A stretch of 64,000 nucleotides of DNA from Vicinamibacterales bacterium (GCA_965206285.1 OZ242205.1:3330149-3394148), one strand, 5' to 3'; shown: positions 27,678 to 35,931, counted from the stretch's first letter. Numbers and translations: made by a program. The notes: generated by a model not told the origin, from the sequence alone.

Positions 27678-27809
27678 GATTATAGACGATAAGTTCGTTA
27701 AAATAACGTCTTTTATGACGTCGTCTACGCGAATAACTAGCGAATTATACGCGACATTACCGAATATCTCCAAAATCATCACCGCCGGCGGGCGGAAGGG
27801 GGAGAACCG
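27678..27809. promoter_or_regulatory. AT-rich divergent promoter island (adhesin C on the minus strand, GAF gene on the plus strand)
   Basis: The only strongly AT-rich stretch in the region. Perfect TATAAT on the minus strand at 27679-27684. Palindrome ACGTCTTTTATGACGT at 27706-27721. Phased 11-nt direct repeats GCGAATAACTA/GCGAATTATAC/GCGACATTACC/GAATATCTCCA at 27729-27772. GGAAGGGGGAG SD-like box before the ATG at 27810. Confidence 0.5.
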
Positions 27810-28323
27810 ATGACCGATCGCGACCGGACGGCGGCCGAGAACGAGGCGCTGCGCGCCCGCATCTCCGCCCTCAGCGCGGCCAGCCTGCGCATCAGCGCCA
27901 ACCTCGGCCTCGAGACGGTGCTGAACGAGGTCGTCGAGAGCGCCCGGGCCCTCACCGGCGCGCGCTACGGCGCCATCGCCACCATCGACGAGGCCAGCGT
28001 CCCCCAGGACTTCGTCACCTCGGGCTTCACCGCGGACGAGCACCGGCACATCGTGGAATGGCCCGACGGGCCGCGGCTCTTCGAGCTCTTCCGCGACCTG
28101 CCGGAACCGCTGCGCATCCCCGACGTGCCCGCCCATGTCCGCGCTCGGCTTCTCGCCCGACCGGCGGCGGCCCTCGAAGACCTTCCAGGGCACGCCGATG
28201 CGCCACCTCGGCGTCCATGTCGGCAACTTCTACCTGGTCGAGAAGGCGGGCGGGGAGGCGTTCACGGACGAGCGCGGGGTCGGCTACCGCATGGCCCGGC
28301 CCGGCGAGGCGGACGAGCCCTGA
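27810..28323 (+). pseudogene. GAF-sensor gene stub 3 (has promoter and start; 2-nt deletion; truncated)
   Basis: MTDRDRTAAENEALRARISALSAASLRISANLGLETVLNEVVESARALTGARYGAIATIDEASVPQDFVTSGFTADEHRHIVEWPDGPRLF...HVRA. A CG deletion near 28152 (relative to 22985) shifts the frame. The rest (LGFSPDRR...GGEAFTDERGVGY) lies in ORF 28135-28323. No kinase domain follows. Confidence 0.7.
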
Positions 28324-28501
28324 CCGGCGGCGGCCGGGCCCGCCCGTGCACCGCCGGCCTCAGCCGCGGAACACCCGGCACGCGGCTGCGCCGGCAGGGT
28401 CAGCTGCCTGGTCCCCGCAAGTGACTCATGAAAGGTGGGAGAGCCTGTTACCGCCTTCGCGACGGGCGCAACAAAGCGGAGCCGCAAGGCGATTTCCGGG
28501 C

Positions 28502-31051
28502 TTACGGCGTCAGCCGCTCCAGGCGCAGCAACCGGACGACCGGCTCGGCGGCGGCGCGCGAGGCGGCCAGGTCCACCTCGAGCTCGGCCACCCAGTCGTT
28601 GTGCCCCTTCGCGTCCACCAGCATCTGCTCCACCCGCCACGACGCGCCGTCGTCCGACGGCTCGGTATGCGTGTGCCGCCGGTTGCGGCCCTCGGGGTCC
28701 AGGCGCAGGCCGCCGTTCTCCGCCGCGAACGTCTCCCGCGCCCGCGCCAGCCGCTCGGCCGTCCAGGCCCCGCCGCCCCCGTCGAGTGCGGTGTCGAGGA
28801 GCTCGAGCGCGGCCTCGTCGTCGCCGGTCGACCAGGCGCGCAGCAGGGCGAACACGCGCGTGCGGATGGCGGCGGTGAAGGCGCGCGCATCGCGCGTCAC
28901 GTCGACCGGCTCGTCGCGGCCGGGCACGGCCGGTTCGGGCGCGCCCGCGGGCGCGGGCTGGAAGTCGGGGTCGCGCATCCGCTCCCATTCCTCGAGCAGA
29001 CTCGAATCCACCCGGCGCACGAGGTCCCGGAGATAGAGCTCCATCTCCACCACCTCGTCGGTCTTCATGCCGTCGGGCACCGTCTGCCGGAGCACCTTGT
29101 AGACGCTCGAGAGATGCCGCAGCAGCAGCCCCTCCATGCGTTCGAGGCCGTACTCCCGGACGTAGTCGGCGAACGAGAGGTAGGTCTCGAACATCTCCCG
29201 CGCGATCGACTTGGGCCGCACGTTCTCCTCGCCGACCCACGGGTGCCGGCCGGCGAAGTCGTTGAAGGTCCCGTAGACGAAGTCGGCGAGCGGCTTGGGG
29301 TGCTCCAGCTTCTCGAGCTCCGCCATGCGATCCTCGTAGTCGAGGCCGGCCGCCTTCATCTCGGCCACCGCCGCGCCCTTCAGCTTGTCGAGCTGACGGC
29401 GCAGGATGGCGGTCGGGTTCTCCAGGATGCTCTCCACGAGCGTGAGCAGATCGAGGGCGTGGTTCTCGGCGTCGGGGTCGAGCACCGGGATCGCCTCGAT
29501 GAGGTAGAGCGACAGCGCCTGGTCCATCGAGAAGTCGTCCTGGAGCTCGACGTTCACCCGCACCCGCGAGCCGTCGGGGGTGCGGGGCACGATCTCGACG
29601 ACCTTGCGCGCCACCAGGGCCCGGAAGAGCTGCCAGCCGCGGCGCCGGTGCGCCCGCTTCGCGGCGTCCGATTCGTGGCTGTCGCGCACGAGCTGGCGCA
29701 TCGCCCCGCAGCCGTCGCCGCGGCGCGACAGCACGTTGAGCAGCATGCCGTGCGAGACCGCGAAGCGCGACTTGAGCCGCTCCGGGCGGGCGCCGACGAG
29801 CCGTTCGAACGTTCCCCGGTCCCAGGGCGCGAAGTTGCCGCGCGGCGGCTGGCGCCGGACCACCTTCTTGCCGGCCTTCGCCTTCTCGGCGAGCCGCCGG
29901 TTCTCGATGACGTGCTCGGGGGCCTGGGCCACGACGTAGCCGCGGTCGTCGAAGCCCTTGCGCCCGGCGCGGCCGGCGATCTGGTGGAAGTCGCGGGCCG
30001 AGAGCACCGCCGTCTTCTCCCCGTCGTACTTCGAGAGGCGGCTGAAGAGCACGGTGCGAATCGGCACGTTGACGCCGACCCCCAGCGTGTCGGTGCCGCA
30101 GATGACCTTGAGCAGGCCCCGCTGGGCGAGCTGCTCGGCGAGCACGCGGTACCGGGGCAGCAGGCCCGCGTGGTGGATGCCGATGCCGTGCTTCAGCCAG
30201 GTGCGGACGCGGGGGCCGTACGGCGTCGAGAAGCGCACGTCCGCGATGGCCGCGGCCAGGGCCTGCTTCTCGGGGCGGGTCGCGATCTGCAGGCTCGTGA
30301 AGCTCTGGGCGCTCGTACCGGCGTCCTTCTGGGTGAAGTGGACCACGTAGACCGGGACCCGGTCCGCCTCGACCAGCCGTTCCACCGCCCGCGCAAGCGG
30401 CTCCTCGGAATAGGCGTACTCCAGCGGGACCGGCCGCTCGCTCGAGGTGACGGTCACCGTCGCCCGGCCCGTCCGCCGCGTGAGCTCCTGCTCGAAGAAC
30501 GACACGTCGCCGAGCGTCGCCGACATCAGCAGGAAGCGCGTCTGCGGCAGGGTCAGCAGCGGCGCCTGCCAGGCCCCGCCGCGGTCCCGGTCGGCGTACC
30601 AGTGGAACTCGTCCATCACCACGTCGTCCACCGCCGCCTGCTCCCCCTCGCGGAGCGCCATGTTGGCCAGGATCTCGGCCGTGCAGCACAGCAGCGGAGC
30701 GTCGCGGTTGACGGTGGCGTCGCCGGTGGCCAGCCCCACGTTCTCGGGTCCGAACTCGCGGCACAGGGCCATCCACTTCTCGTTGACGAGCGCCTTGATG
30801 GGACAGGTGTAGACCGAGCGCCGCCCGCGGGCGAGCGACGCGAAGTGCAGCGCGAACGCGGCCAGCGACTTGCCCGAGCCGGTCGGCGTGCTCAGGATGA
30901 CGTGCTGGTCCTCGAGCAGGGCCAGAATCGCCTCCTCCTGGGCGGGATAGAGAGTCAGGCCCAAGCGGTCGACGTAGTCGAGAAAGCGGTCCAGCAGATC
31001 GTCGCTGGACACCTCGCCGGACGGCAACAGGTCGAACAGGGGCGCGGTCAT
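28502..31051 (-). CDS. DEAD/DEAH-box helicase with DUF3516-type C-terminal region
   Basis: ATG at 31051 gives [10 protein letters not shown]... Walker [16 protein letters not shown] box, SAT-like MSATLG, then a long helical C-terminal region. ORF 28502-31201. Confidence 0.9.
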   Translation of the reverse strand: MTAPLFDLLPSGEVSSDDLLDRFLDYVDRLGLTLYPAQEEAILALLEDQHVILSTPTGSGKSLAAFALHFASLARGRRSVYTCPIKALVNEKWMALCREFGPENVGLATGDATVNRDAPLLCCTAEILANMALREGEQAAVDDVVMDEFHWYADRDRGGAWQAPLLTLPQTRFLLMSATLGDVSFFEQELTRRTGRATVTVTSSERPVPLEYAYSEEPLARAVERLVEADRVPVYVVHFTQKDAGTSAQSFTSLQIATRPEKQALAAAIADVRFSTPYGPRVRTWLKHGIGIHHAGLLPRYRVLAEQLAQRGLLKVICGTDTLGVGVNVPIRTVLFSRLSKYDGEKTAVLSARDFHQIAGRAGRKGFDDRGYVVAQAPEHVIENRRLAEKAKAGKKVVRRQPPRGNFAPWDRGTFERLVGARPERLKSRFAVSHGMLLNVLSRRGDGCGAMRQLVRDSHESDAAKRAHRRRGWQLFRALVARKVVEIVPRTPDGSRVRVNVELQDDFSMDQALSLYLIEAIPVLDPDAENHALDLLTLVESILENPTAILRRQLDKLKGAAVAEMKAAGLDYEDRMAELEKLEHPKPLADFVYGTFNDFAGRHPWVGEENVRPKSIAREMFETYLSFADYVREYGLERMEGLLLRHLSSVYKVLRQTVPDGMKTDEVVEMELYLRDLVRRVDSSLLEEWERMRDPDFQPAPAGAPEPAVPGRDEPVDVTRDARAFTAAIRTRVFALLRAWSTGDDEAALELLDTALDGGGGAWTAERLARARETFAAENGGLRLDPEGRNRRHTHTEPSDDGASWRVEQMLVDAKGHNDWVAELEVDLAASRAAAEPVVRLLRLERLTP

Positions 31052-31170
31052 GCCGGAGATTGTCGCCCCACTGCGTCCGTTGGCGCCAATCCGCGGGACC
31101 GCGGACCGGCGGCGGGGCCCGCCCGCAGCGTCCCGGCGGCGTCTTGCCGCTGCCCGCCCGCGGCGATACG

Positions 31171-31815
31171 ATGGGCAACATGACGGTCGCCGACGCGGCA
31201 CCGGCCGCGACGCCCACGTCGCCGGAAGCGCTGCATGCCCTCCTGCGCGAGATCCTGCCGCCCCAGGGCGCCTGGAGCGACGAGGAGTACCTGTGGCTCA
31301 CGGACAGGTGCAAGCGTCTGGTCGAGTTCACCGACGGCCACGTTCAAGAGCTGCCGATGCCGACCTTCACCCACCAGGCGATCCTCGCGCTGCTCTATCG
31401 CCTGTTCCACGCGCATCTCGAGCCGCGCGGGGGCGTCGTGCTGTTCGCGGCGTTGCGGCTGCGCATCCGGGAGGGCAAGTTCCGCGAACCCGACCTGCTG
31501 CTGCTCCGCGACCGCTCGGATGCCCGCTGCCGGGACCGCTACTGGCTGGGTGCGGACCTGGTGGCCGAGGTCGTCAGCCCGGACGACCCGGACCGCGACT
31601 TGGTCGTCAAGCGCGCCGACTACGCCGAGGCGGGCATTCCGGAGTACTGGATCGTCGACCCCCGCAACGAGACGATCACCGTGCTCGCGCTCGAAGGGAC
31701 CGGATACGTCGAGCACGGCGTATTCGCGCCCGGCGACACGACGACCTCGCCGCTGCTCGCCGGATTCGCCGTCGACGTGACAGCCGTGTTCGACGCTCCG
31801 CGGTCCGGCGCCTGA
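31171..31815 (+). CDS. Uma2-family (DUF820) endonuclease-fold protein, second copy
   Basis: ATG at 31171. [20 protein letters not shown]...REPDLLLL...[38 protein letters not shown]. Confidence 0.85.
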   Translation: MGNMTVADAAPAATPTSPEALHALLREILPPQGAWSDEEYLWLTDRCKRLVEFTDGHVQELPMPTFTHQAILALLYRLFHAHLEPRGGVVLFAALRLRIREGKFREPDLLLLRDRSDARCRDRYWLGADLVAEVVSPDDPDRDLVVKRADYAEAGIPEYWIVDPRNETITVLALEGTGYVEHGVFAPGDTTTSPLLAGFAVDVTAVFDAPRSGA

Positions 31816-31900
31816 CCTGGCGGGCCAAGATGGAGATGCACGAAGCCATCCGTGAACGGCCTCGCGCCGCAGGCGCGGCCGGGCGGCGGAGACGTCCCGC

Positions 31901-32586
31901 ATGCCGCTGAGCGCCGGCGACCGCTACGCCGGGCACTTCGACGTCGCCGCCCCCCTCGGGGCGGGCGGCATGGGCGAGGCATCCTCGCCGAGGTCATCAA
32001 GTCCGAGCCCGCCTGGGCATCGTTGTCGGACGACGTGCCGCGGGCGGTGTCCGGCGTGCTGCGCCGCTGTCTGGCGAAGGACCCCGGGGACCGCCTGCAG
32101 GACATCGCCGACGTCCGGCTCGGCCTGCTCGGCGCGTTCGAGGATCCGACCCGGCTCCTCGCGACCGGGCTTCAACTTCTGGGCGTCGTTCTCGGTGTCG
32201 CGCACCGGGACCGTCGCGTGGCGCGAGGCCGACACCGCCGGTTCCGTGCGGTGGATCGAACCGACCGGCGACGAGTGGACGCCCGGCGCGATTGGCGACC
32301 TCGATGCGCCGAGAAACCCTCGCCTGTCTCCGGACGGACGCCGGCTCGCCCTGGTGGTGGACGGAGACCTCTGGGTGTGGCGGTGACCGTCGACACCTCG
32401 ACGGGATTCGAGTTCGACGCGCCGGTTCGCCTGTTCGAGGACGATTCCCGCCAGTTCCAGCAGCCGCCCTCGTATGACGTCGCGGCGGACGGCCGGTTCG
32501 TCACCATCCGGTCCGACGCCACCCCGCCGATCTCCGTGCTCCTCAACTGGCCGGGACTGTTCCGGCCCGCCGGCGGCGGGAACTAG
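31901..32586 (+). pseudogene. Ser/Thr protein kinase fused to TolB/WD40-like domain, remnant with internal deletions and frameshifts
   Basis: RYAGHFDVAAPLGAGGMGE (Gly loop) jumps to ILAEVIKSEPAWASLSDDVPRAVSGVLRRCLAKDPGDRLQDIADV (kinase C-lobe). Propeller scraps follow (RLSPDGRRLALVVDGDLWVW; FEFDAPVRLFEDD...YDVAADGRFVTI...ISVLLNW), alternating between two frames. Confidence 0.6.
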
Positions 32587-32703
32587 CTAGGAGTCTGCGC
32601 CGCAGAACGATTTTGGGCGCGATCAGGCCCTATATGTGGTAGTCGTAGAGTTCCCACCCCGCTATATATGGGGGCGGTAATTTCCTGCGGCGCAGACTCC
32701 TAG
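32587..32703. mobile_element. MITE-like palindromic element 1 (117 bp, 19-bp terminal inverted repeats, CTAG ends)
   Basis: CTAGGAGTCTGCGCCGCAG...CTGCGGCGCAGACTCCTAG. Low-GC core. Confidence 0.7.
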
Positions 32704-32806
32704 TGCTGCGTCATGACTGAATGTTCGGGTGCGTGGGCTGTGATTCGTCAACGATTGCGGATCCTACACCCATGTCCATGTCCGAAGATTATGGCGTGAC
32801 ATACCA

Positions 32807-32921
32807 CTAGGAGTCTGCGCCGTGGGACGATTTTCGGCACGATCGGCTACTGCATGTAGTGGTCATGCACGTCTGTGTCCACTTCATATTGGGGCCTATT
32901 TTCTGCGGCGCAGACTCCTAG
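32807..32921. mobile_element. MITE-like palindromic element 2 (115 bp)
   Basis: CTAGGAGTCTGCGCCG...CGGCGCAGACTCCTAG. The core differs from element 1 except for ACGATTTT.GGC.CGATC and ATT..GGGG/ATTT.CTGCGG. Confidence 0.7.
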
Positions 32922-32984
32922 CCATGAGCTGCCTGCCCTGTGCCCGCCCGATTGCGGAGGCATGTCCGAAGAAACATCTTGCCC

Positions 32985-33090
32985 GCCGTGGGACGATTTT
33001 CGGCACGATCGGCTACTGCATGTAGTGGTCGTCCACGTCTGTGTCCACTTCATATTGGGGCCTATTTTCTGCGGCGCAGAGCCATCCTAG
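32985..33090. mobile_element. MITE-like element 3 (left end missing)
   Basis: 32985-33080 is nearly identical to 32818-32913 (differences at GTCATGCACG vs GTCGTCCACG). The right end is degenerate (GCAGAGCCATCCTAG). Confidence 0.65.
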
Positions 33091-33263
33091 CCTAGCCCTG
33101 TCCCGCCCCGGAGGCAGCAAACATCTTGCCCGCCAGCAGAACCGACCACGTCCACGGTCCGCCATGACCTCGAGAGCCAAAGTCAAGATGCGTGTTGCGC
33201 AAGTGATTGATTGCATGCAATCATCGAAGGTGCAGCGAGTGTGGCGTGGCTGGCGAGTACCCC

Positions 33264-33506
33264 ATGGCGAGCATCACGATCCGCAACCTGTCGCCGGAGT
33301 CGAAGGCGAAGCTCAGGCGGCGTGCCAAACAACGAGGGTGCAGCCTCGAGGCCTTGGCCCGGTCGATTCTCGACGAAGCCGCCGAGGACACCCCCGTCGC
33401 GACCGGATTCCCGCATGACCTGATAGCGCTCGTCGAGCCCGGCGAGGACATCGAGCCGTTCATCCGAGACCACAGACAGCCGCAGGAACCCATCGACCTG
33501 CCGTGA
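33264..33506 (+). CDS. vapB: VapB/FitA-like antitoxin (Arc/RHH-type N-terminus)
   Basis: MASITIRNLSPESKAKLRRRAKQRGCSLEALARSILDEAA. The stop overlaps the vapC GTG (GTGA). Confidence 0.8.
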   Translation: MASITIRNLSPESKAKLRRRAKQRGCSLEALARSILDEAAEDTPVATGFPHDLIALVEPGEDIEPFIRDHRQPQEPIDLP

Positions 33507-33913
33507 TCCTGCTCGACACCAACGTCCTGTCGGAGCTGACCAAGCCGGCGCCGTCCACCCGGGTAGTCACGTGGCTCGCAGTCAACGAGCTTTCGCTCGC
33601 GGTGCCGACGATAGCGCTGGCGGAGCTGCGGTACGGCATATCGCGGCTGCCCGAAGGCCGGCGGCGATCGAGCCTGCTGGACTTCTGGCTCGCGACTTGC
33701 GACCGCTTCCGCGGCCGGATCCTATCGTTCGATCGACGCGCCGCCGAAGTGTACGGAGACGTAGCGGCCACAGCGGAGCGCACCGGTCGACGGCTCAACG
33801 TCCAGGACGGTCAGGTCGCCGCAATCGCGCTCGTGCATCGAATGCAGGTCGCGACACGGAACGTCAGCGATTTCGAGGCGTCGGGCGTAGCGCTCGTGAA
33901 CCCGTGGGACTGA
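33503..33913 (+). CDS. vapC: VapC/FitB-like PIN-domain toxin
   Basis: ILLDTNVLSELTKPAPSTRVVTWL...DRRAAEVYGDVAATAERTGRRLNVQDGQVAAIALVHRMQVATRNVSDF. Confidence 0.85.
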   Translation: MILLDTNVLSELTKPAPSTRVVTWLAVNELSLAVPTIALAELRYGISRLPEGRRRSSLLDFWLATCDRFRGRILSFDRRAAEVYGDVAATAERTGRRLNVQDGQVAAIALVHRMQVATRNVSDFEASGVALVNPWD

Positions 33914-33998
33914 CGGTGTGCCACCAGCGGGCGAAGCCGAGCGATCGCTGCACGAATTGGAAGTTGTGCTTCAATTCTACTCTGGCCCATCCAGGATC

Positions 33999-35040
33999 AT
34001 GTCCGTGGTCCAACGAACGATTGCACCGCTGCTCGGGGAGCTCTTCCGCCGGTACCCGCTTCGTCACCGTCACCGCACCGCAGCTGTCGGGCAAGAGGAC
34101 GCCGTGCCCGCCCCCCCGCCTCACCTCGCCTACGTCAACCTGGAATCGCCGCACCACGGCAGTTCGCCGAGGAGGATCCGAAGCGGTTCATCGCGACGTG
34201 GCCGCGCGGGGTCATCCCGGACGAGATCCACCGCGTGCCGTCGCTGCTCTGCTGGCTGCAGGTGTTCGCGGACGACCACGGCGGGACGGCCTCTTCGTGC
34301 TGACGAGCAGCGGACAGTCCCTGCCGTCGGATCGGACCGACCAATCCCTGGCCGGACGCACCGCCTGCTGCGGCTGCCCTTCTCGCTGGACGAGCTTCCG
34401 AGCGCGCGCGGCGGCGACCGACGTCGACGACCCCTCTCACGGGTCCATCCGCCCGTCCACGACCAGGGGACCGACCCCGGTCAGGCCCTCGGCGATCAGG
34501 TCGAGACGGTACGTCGAGCGCGATGTCAGCCCGATGCTGGGAGGTCAGGACCTCGACGTGTTCCGCCGGTTCGTGCGCCCGTGCGCCGCGCCGGATCCGC
34601 CTGTTCTCAACCTCGCCCCGCTCGCCGCCGACGCCACCGTGACCCACACCCCCGCGCGGCACTGGCTCTCGCCGCTCGAAACCAGCTACATCGTTCCGCC
34701 TGCCGCCGTACTTCCACGACGTCGGGCGCGCGAGCTGGCCCCTCGACACCCAGAGCGTCCCGCAGATTCGGACGCATCCCCTGCGCGCCGCCCTCTTCGA
34801 GAACGCCGTCCTCCCGAAGGCCCTCAAGCACGGCTACAGCCGCGGGCGCCGGCCCGACCTCAGCTTCTTCCGCGACTGCCGCGGCCTGGAGTGCGACTTG
34901 CTCTACTTTGCCGAGGGACCGCTCCTTGACCATCGAGGCCAAGTCCGGCGCCACCATCGCCTCGGACTATGCTGCCCAGCTGCGACGCGGCCGCCGTCAT
35001 CCACGACCGCGACGAGCACCAGACGCGCAGCGCTGGTGAC
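33999..35040 (+). pseudogene. AAA-family ATPase with DUF4143 domain, multiply frameshifted
   Basis: Family landmarks are spread over at least 3 frames: FVTVTAPQLSGKRT (P-loop region), LAYVNLESP, LFVLTSSGQ, QSLAGRTA, RYVERDV, DLDVFRRFVR, WLSPLETSYIV, CRGLECDLLYF. Confidence 0.65.
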
Positions 35041-35074
35041 GCGACTTCCCTAGGCTAGAGATCAGATCCGGGAC

Positions 35075-35380
35075 GTGCTGCCCGAAGCAGAGAATGTCCT
35101 ATACCAATTCATTGACAGTCCTGCCAAGCTGACGGCATCCGAGCTCAATGCGCTATTGGATCAGGTGAGCGACTCGGAGGCAGAGAGAAACGCCTTCGTC
35201 GAGTTGCTGCTTTGGTACGGTGCGTTGGGTGTGATTCGCTTGAACGGCGACATTGCGTTCATATACTCGGTGAATTACGACATGAAAATACTGAGAGGCA
35301 TCATTCGCAAACTCGGCGACACCACCGTTACCTACGCCATCAATCCAGCATTTGGGGCCGCTCTCGACGTGCAGCTTTAG
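35075..35380 (+). CDS. Low-GC orphan ORF, probably the C-terminal fragment of a larger foreign gene
   Basis: VLPEAENVLYQFIDSPAKLTASELNALLDQVSDSEAERNAFVELLLWYGALGVIRLNGDIAFIYSVNYDMKIL... Stops in the CTAG-rich joint at ~35050 lie just upstream. Confidence 0.4.
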   Translation: MLPEAENVLYQFIDSPAKLTASELNALLDQVSDSEAERNAFVELLLWYGALGVIRLNGDIAFIYSVNYDMKILRGIIRKLGDTTVTYAINPAFGAALDVQL

Positions 35381-35406
35381 TCAGCTAGTAGTTACCTAGT
35401 AGTTAC

Positions 35407-35571
35407 CTAGTGCACCCTCCGCAAGCCGCGGTGCTCCCCCTTCAAGGCGCTTCCCGCCAGCGGTTGCTCTGCGAGTCCGTCGATCGCGCGGACGATGCGT
35501 TGCCGGTCAGGCTCCGGAACCCGATCCAGGTCCCTGGCCGCGCTCCGCTTGATCCGGATCGAGTAGTGCAT
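35407..35571 (-). pseudogene. RelE/ParE-family toxin, truncated to its N-terminal ~54 codons
   Basis: MHYSIRIKRSAARDLDRVPEPDRQRIVRAIDGLAEQPLAGSALKGEHRGLRRV, then a stop inside the CTAG-rich joint. The beta-sheet/catalytic half is missing. Confidence 0.6.
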
Positions 35572-35770
35572 GCCTGACCTCATCCCAATCCAGCACCGGA
35601 TCGGTTGGATCACGCAGCCGTTGGAGGGCTACCGTGAGATCGTCGAAGTCCTCCAGATAGCTTTCCACCGCCTGCCTGACGATCTCGGCTCGGCTGCGGT
35701 CCAACGCCTTCGCCGCAGCGTCCAGGGCCTCGACGGTTGCATCGGGCAGACGTGCCGTTATCTGACTCAT
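35507..35770 (-). CDS. Ribbon-helix-helix (CopG/RelB-ParD-like) antitoxin
   Basis: MSQITARLPDATVEALDAAAKALDRSRAEIVRQAVESYLEDFDDLTVALQRLRDPTDPVLDWDEV. The 3' end overlaps the toxin start in another frame. Confidence 0.7.
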   Translation of the reverse strand: MSQITARLPDATVEALDAAAKALDRSRAEIVRQAVESYLEDFDDLTVALQRLRDPTDPVLDWDEVRHALLDPDQAERGQGPGSGSGA

Positions 35771-35931
35771 GGCGGATCCGTTGAGATGTCTATGACATCA
35801 CGATACTCCCACGTGCTTCGGCGGGCAAGAGAAGTGCCTGCCGCGGAGACTCGCGCGAGTCGTAGTTCGTGAGATCGCGACGGTTCCACCGACCGCGGGG
35901 CAGCCGGCAGCATGGCGTCGCAGTCGAACCG

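Noticed and set aside
20616-28288. Composite transposon or IS-mediated duplication of the adhesin cassette
   Set aside because: No transposase, terminal inverted repeats or target-site duplication occur at the unit boundaries. The joint shows only a 3-nt microhomology (ACC), which fits illegitimate recombination or replication slippage.
28058-31331. 1041-aa plus-strand ORF and 1015-aa alternative minus-frame ORF overlapping the helicase gene
   Set aside because: Only the 28502-31051 minus frame contains the Walker A, DEAH-like and SAT motifs. The others are Arg/Ala/Gly-rich shadow ORFs.
32583-33135. Possible CRISPR array (regularly spaced ~19-bp repeats with differing intervening sequence)
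   Set aside because: The repeats occur as inverted pairs bounding ~115-bp units rather than as direct repeats. The 'spacers' themselves repeat. There are only 2.5 units and no cas genes or leader.
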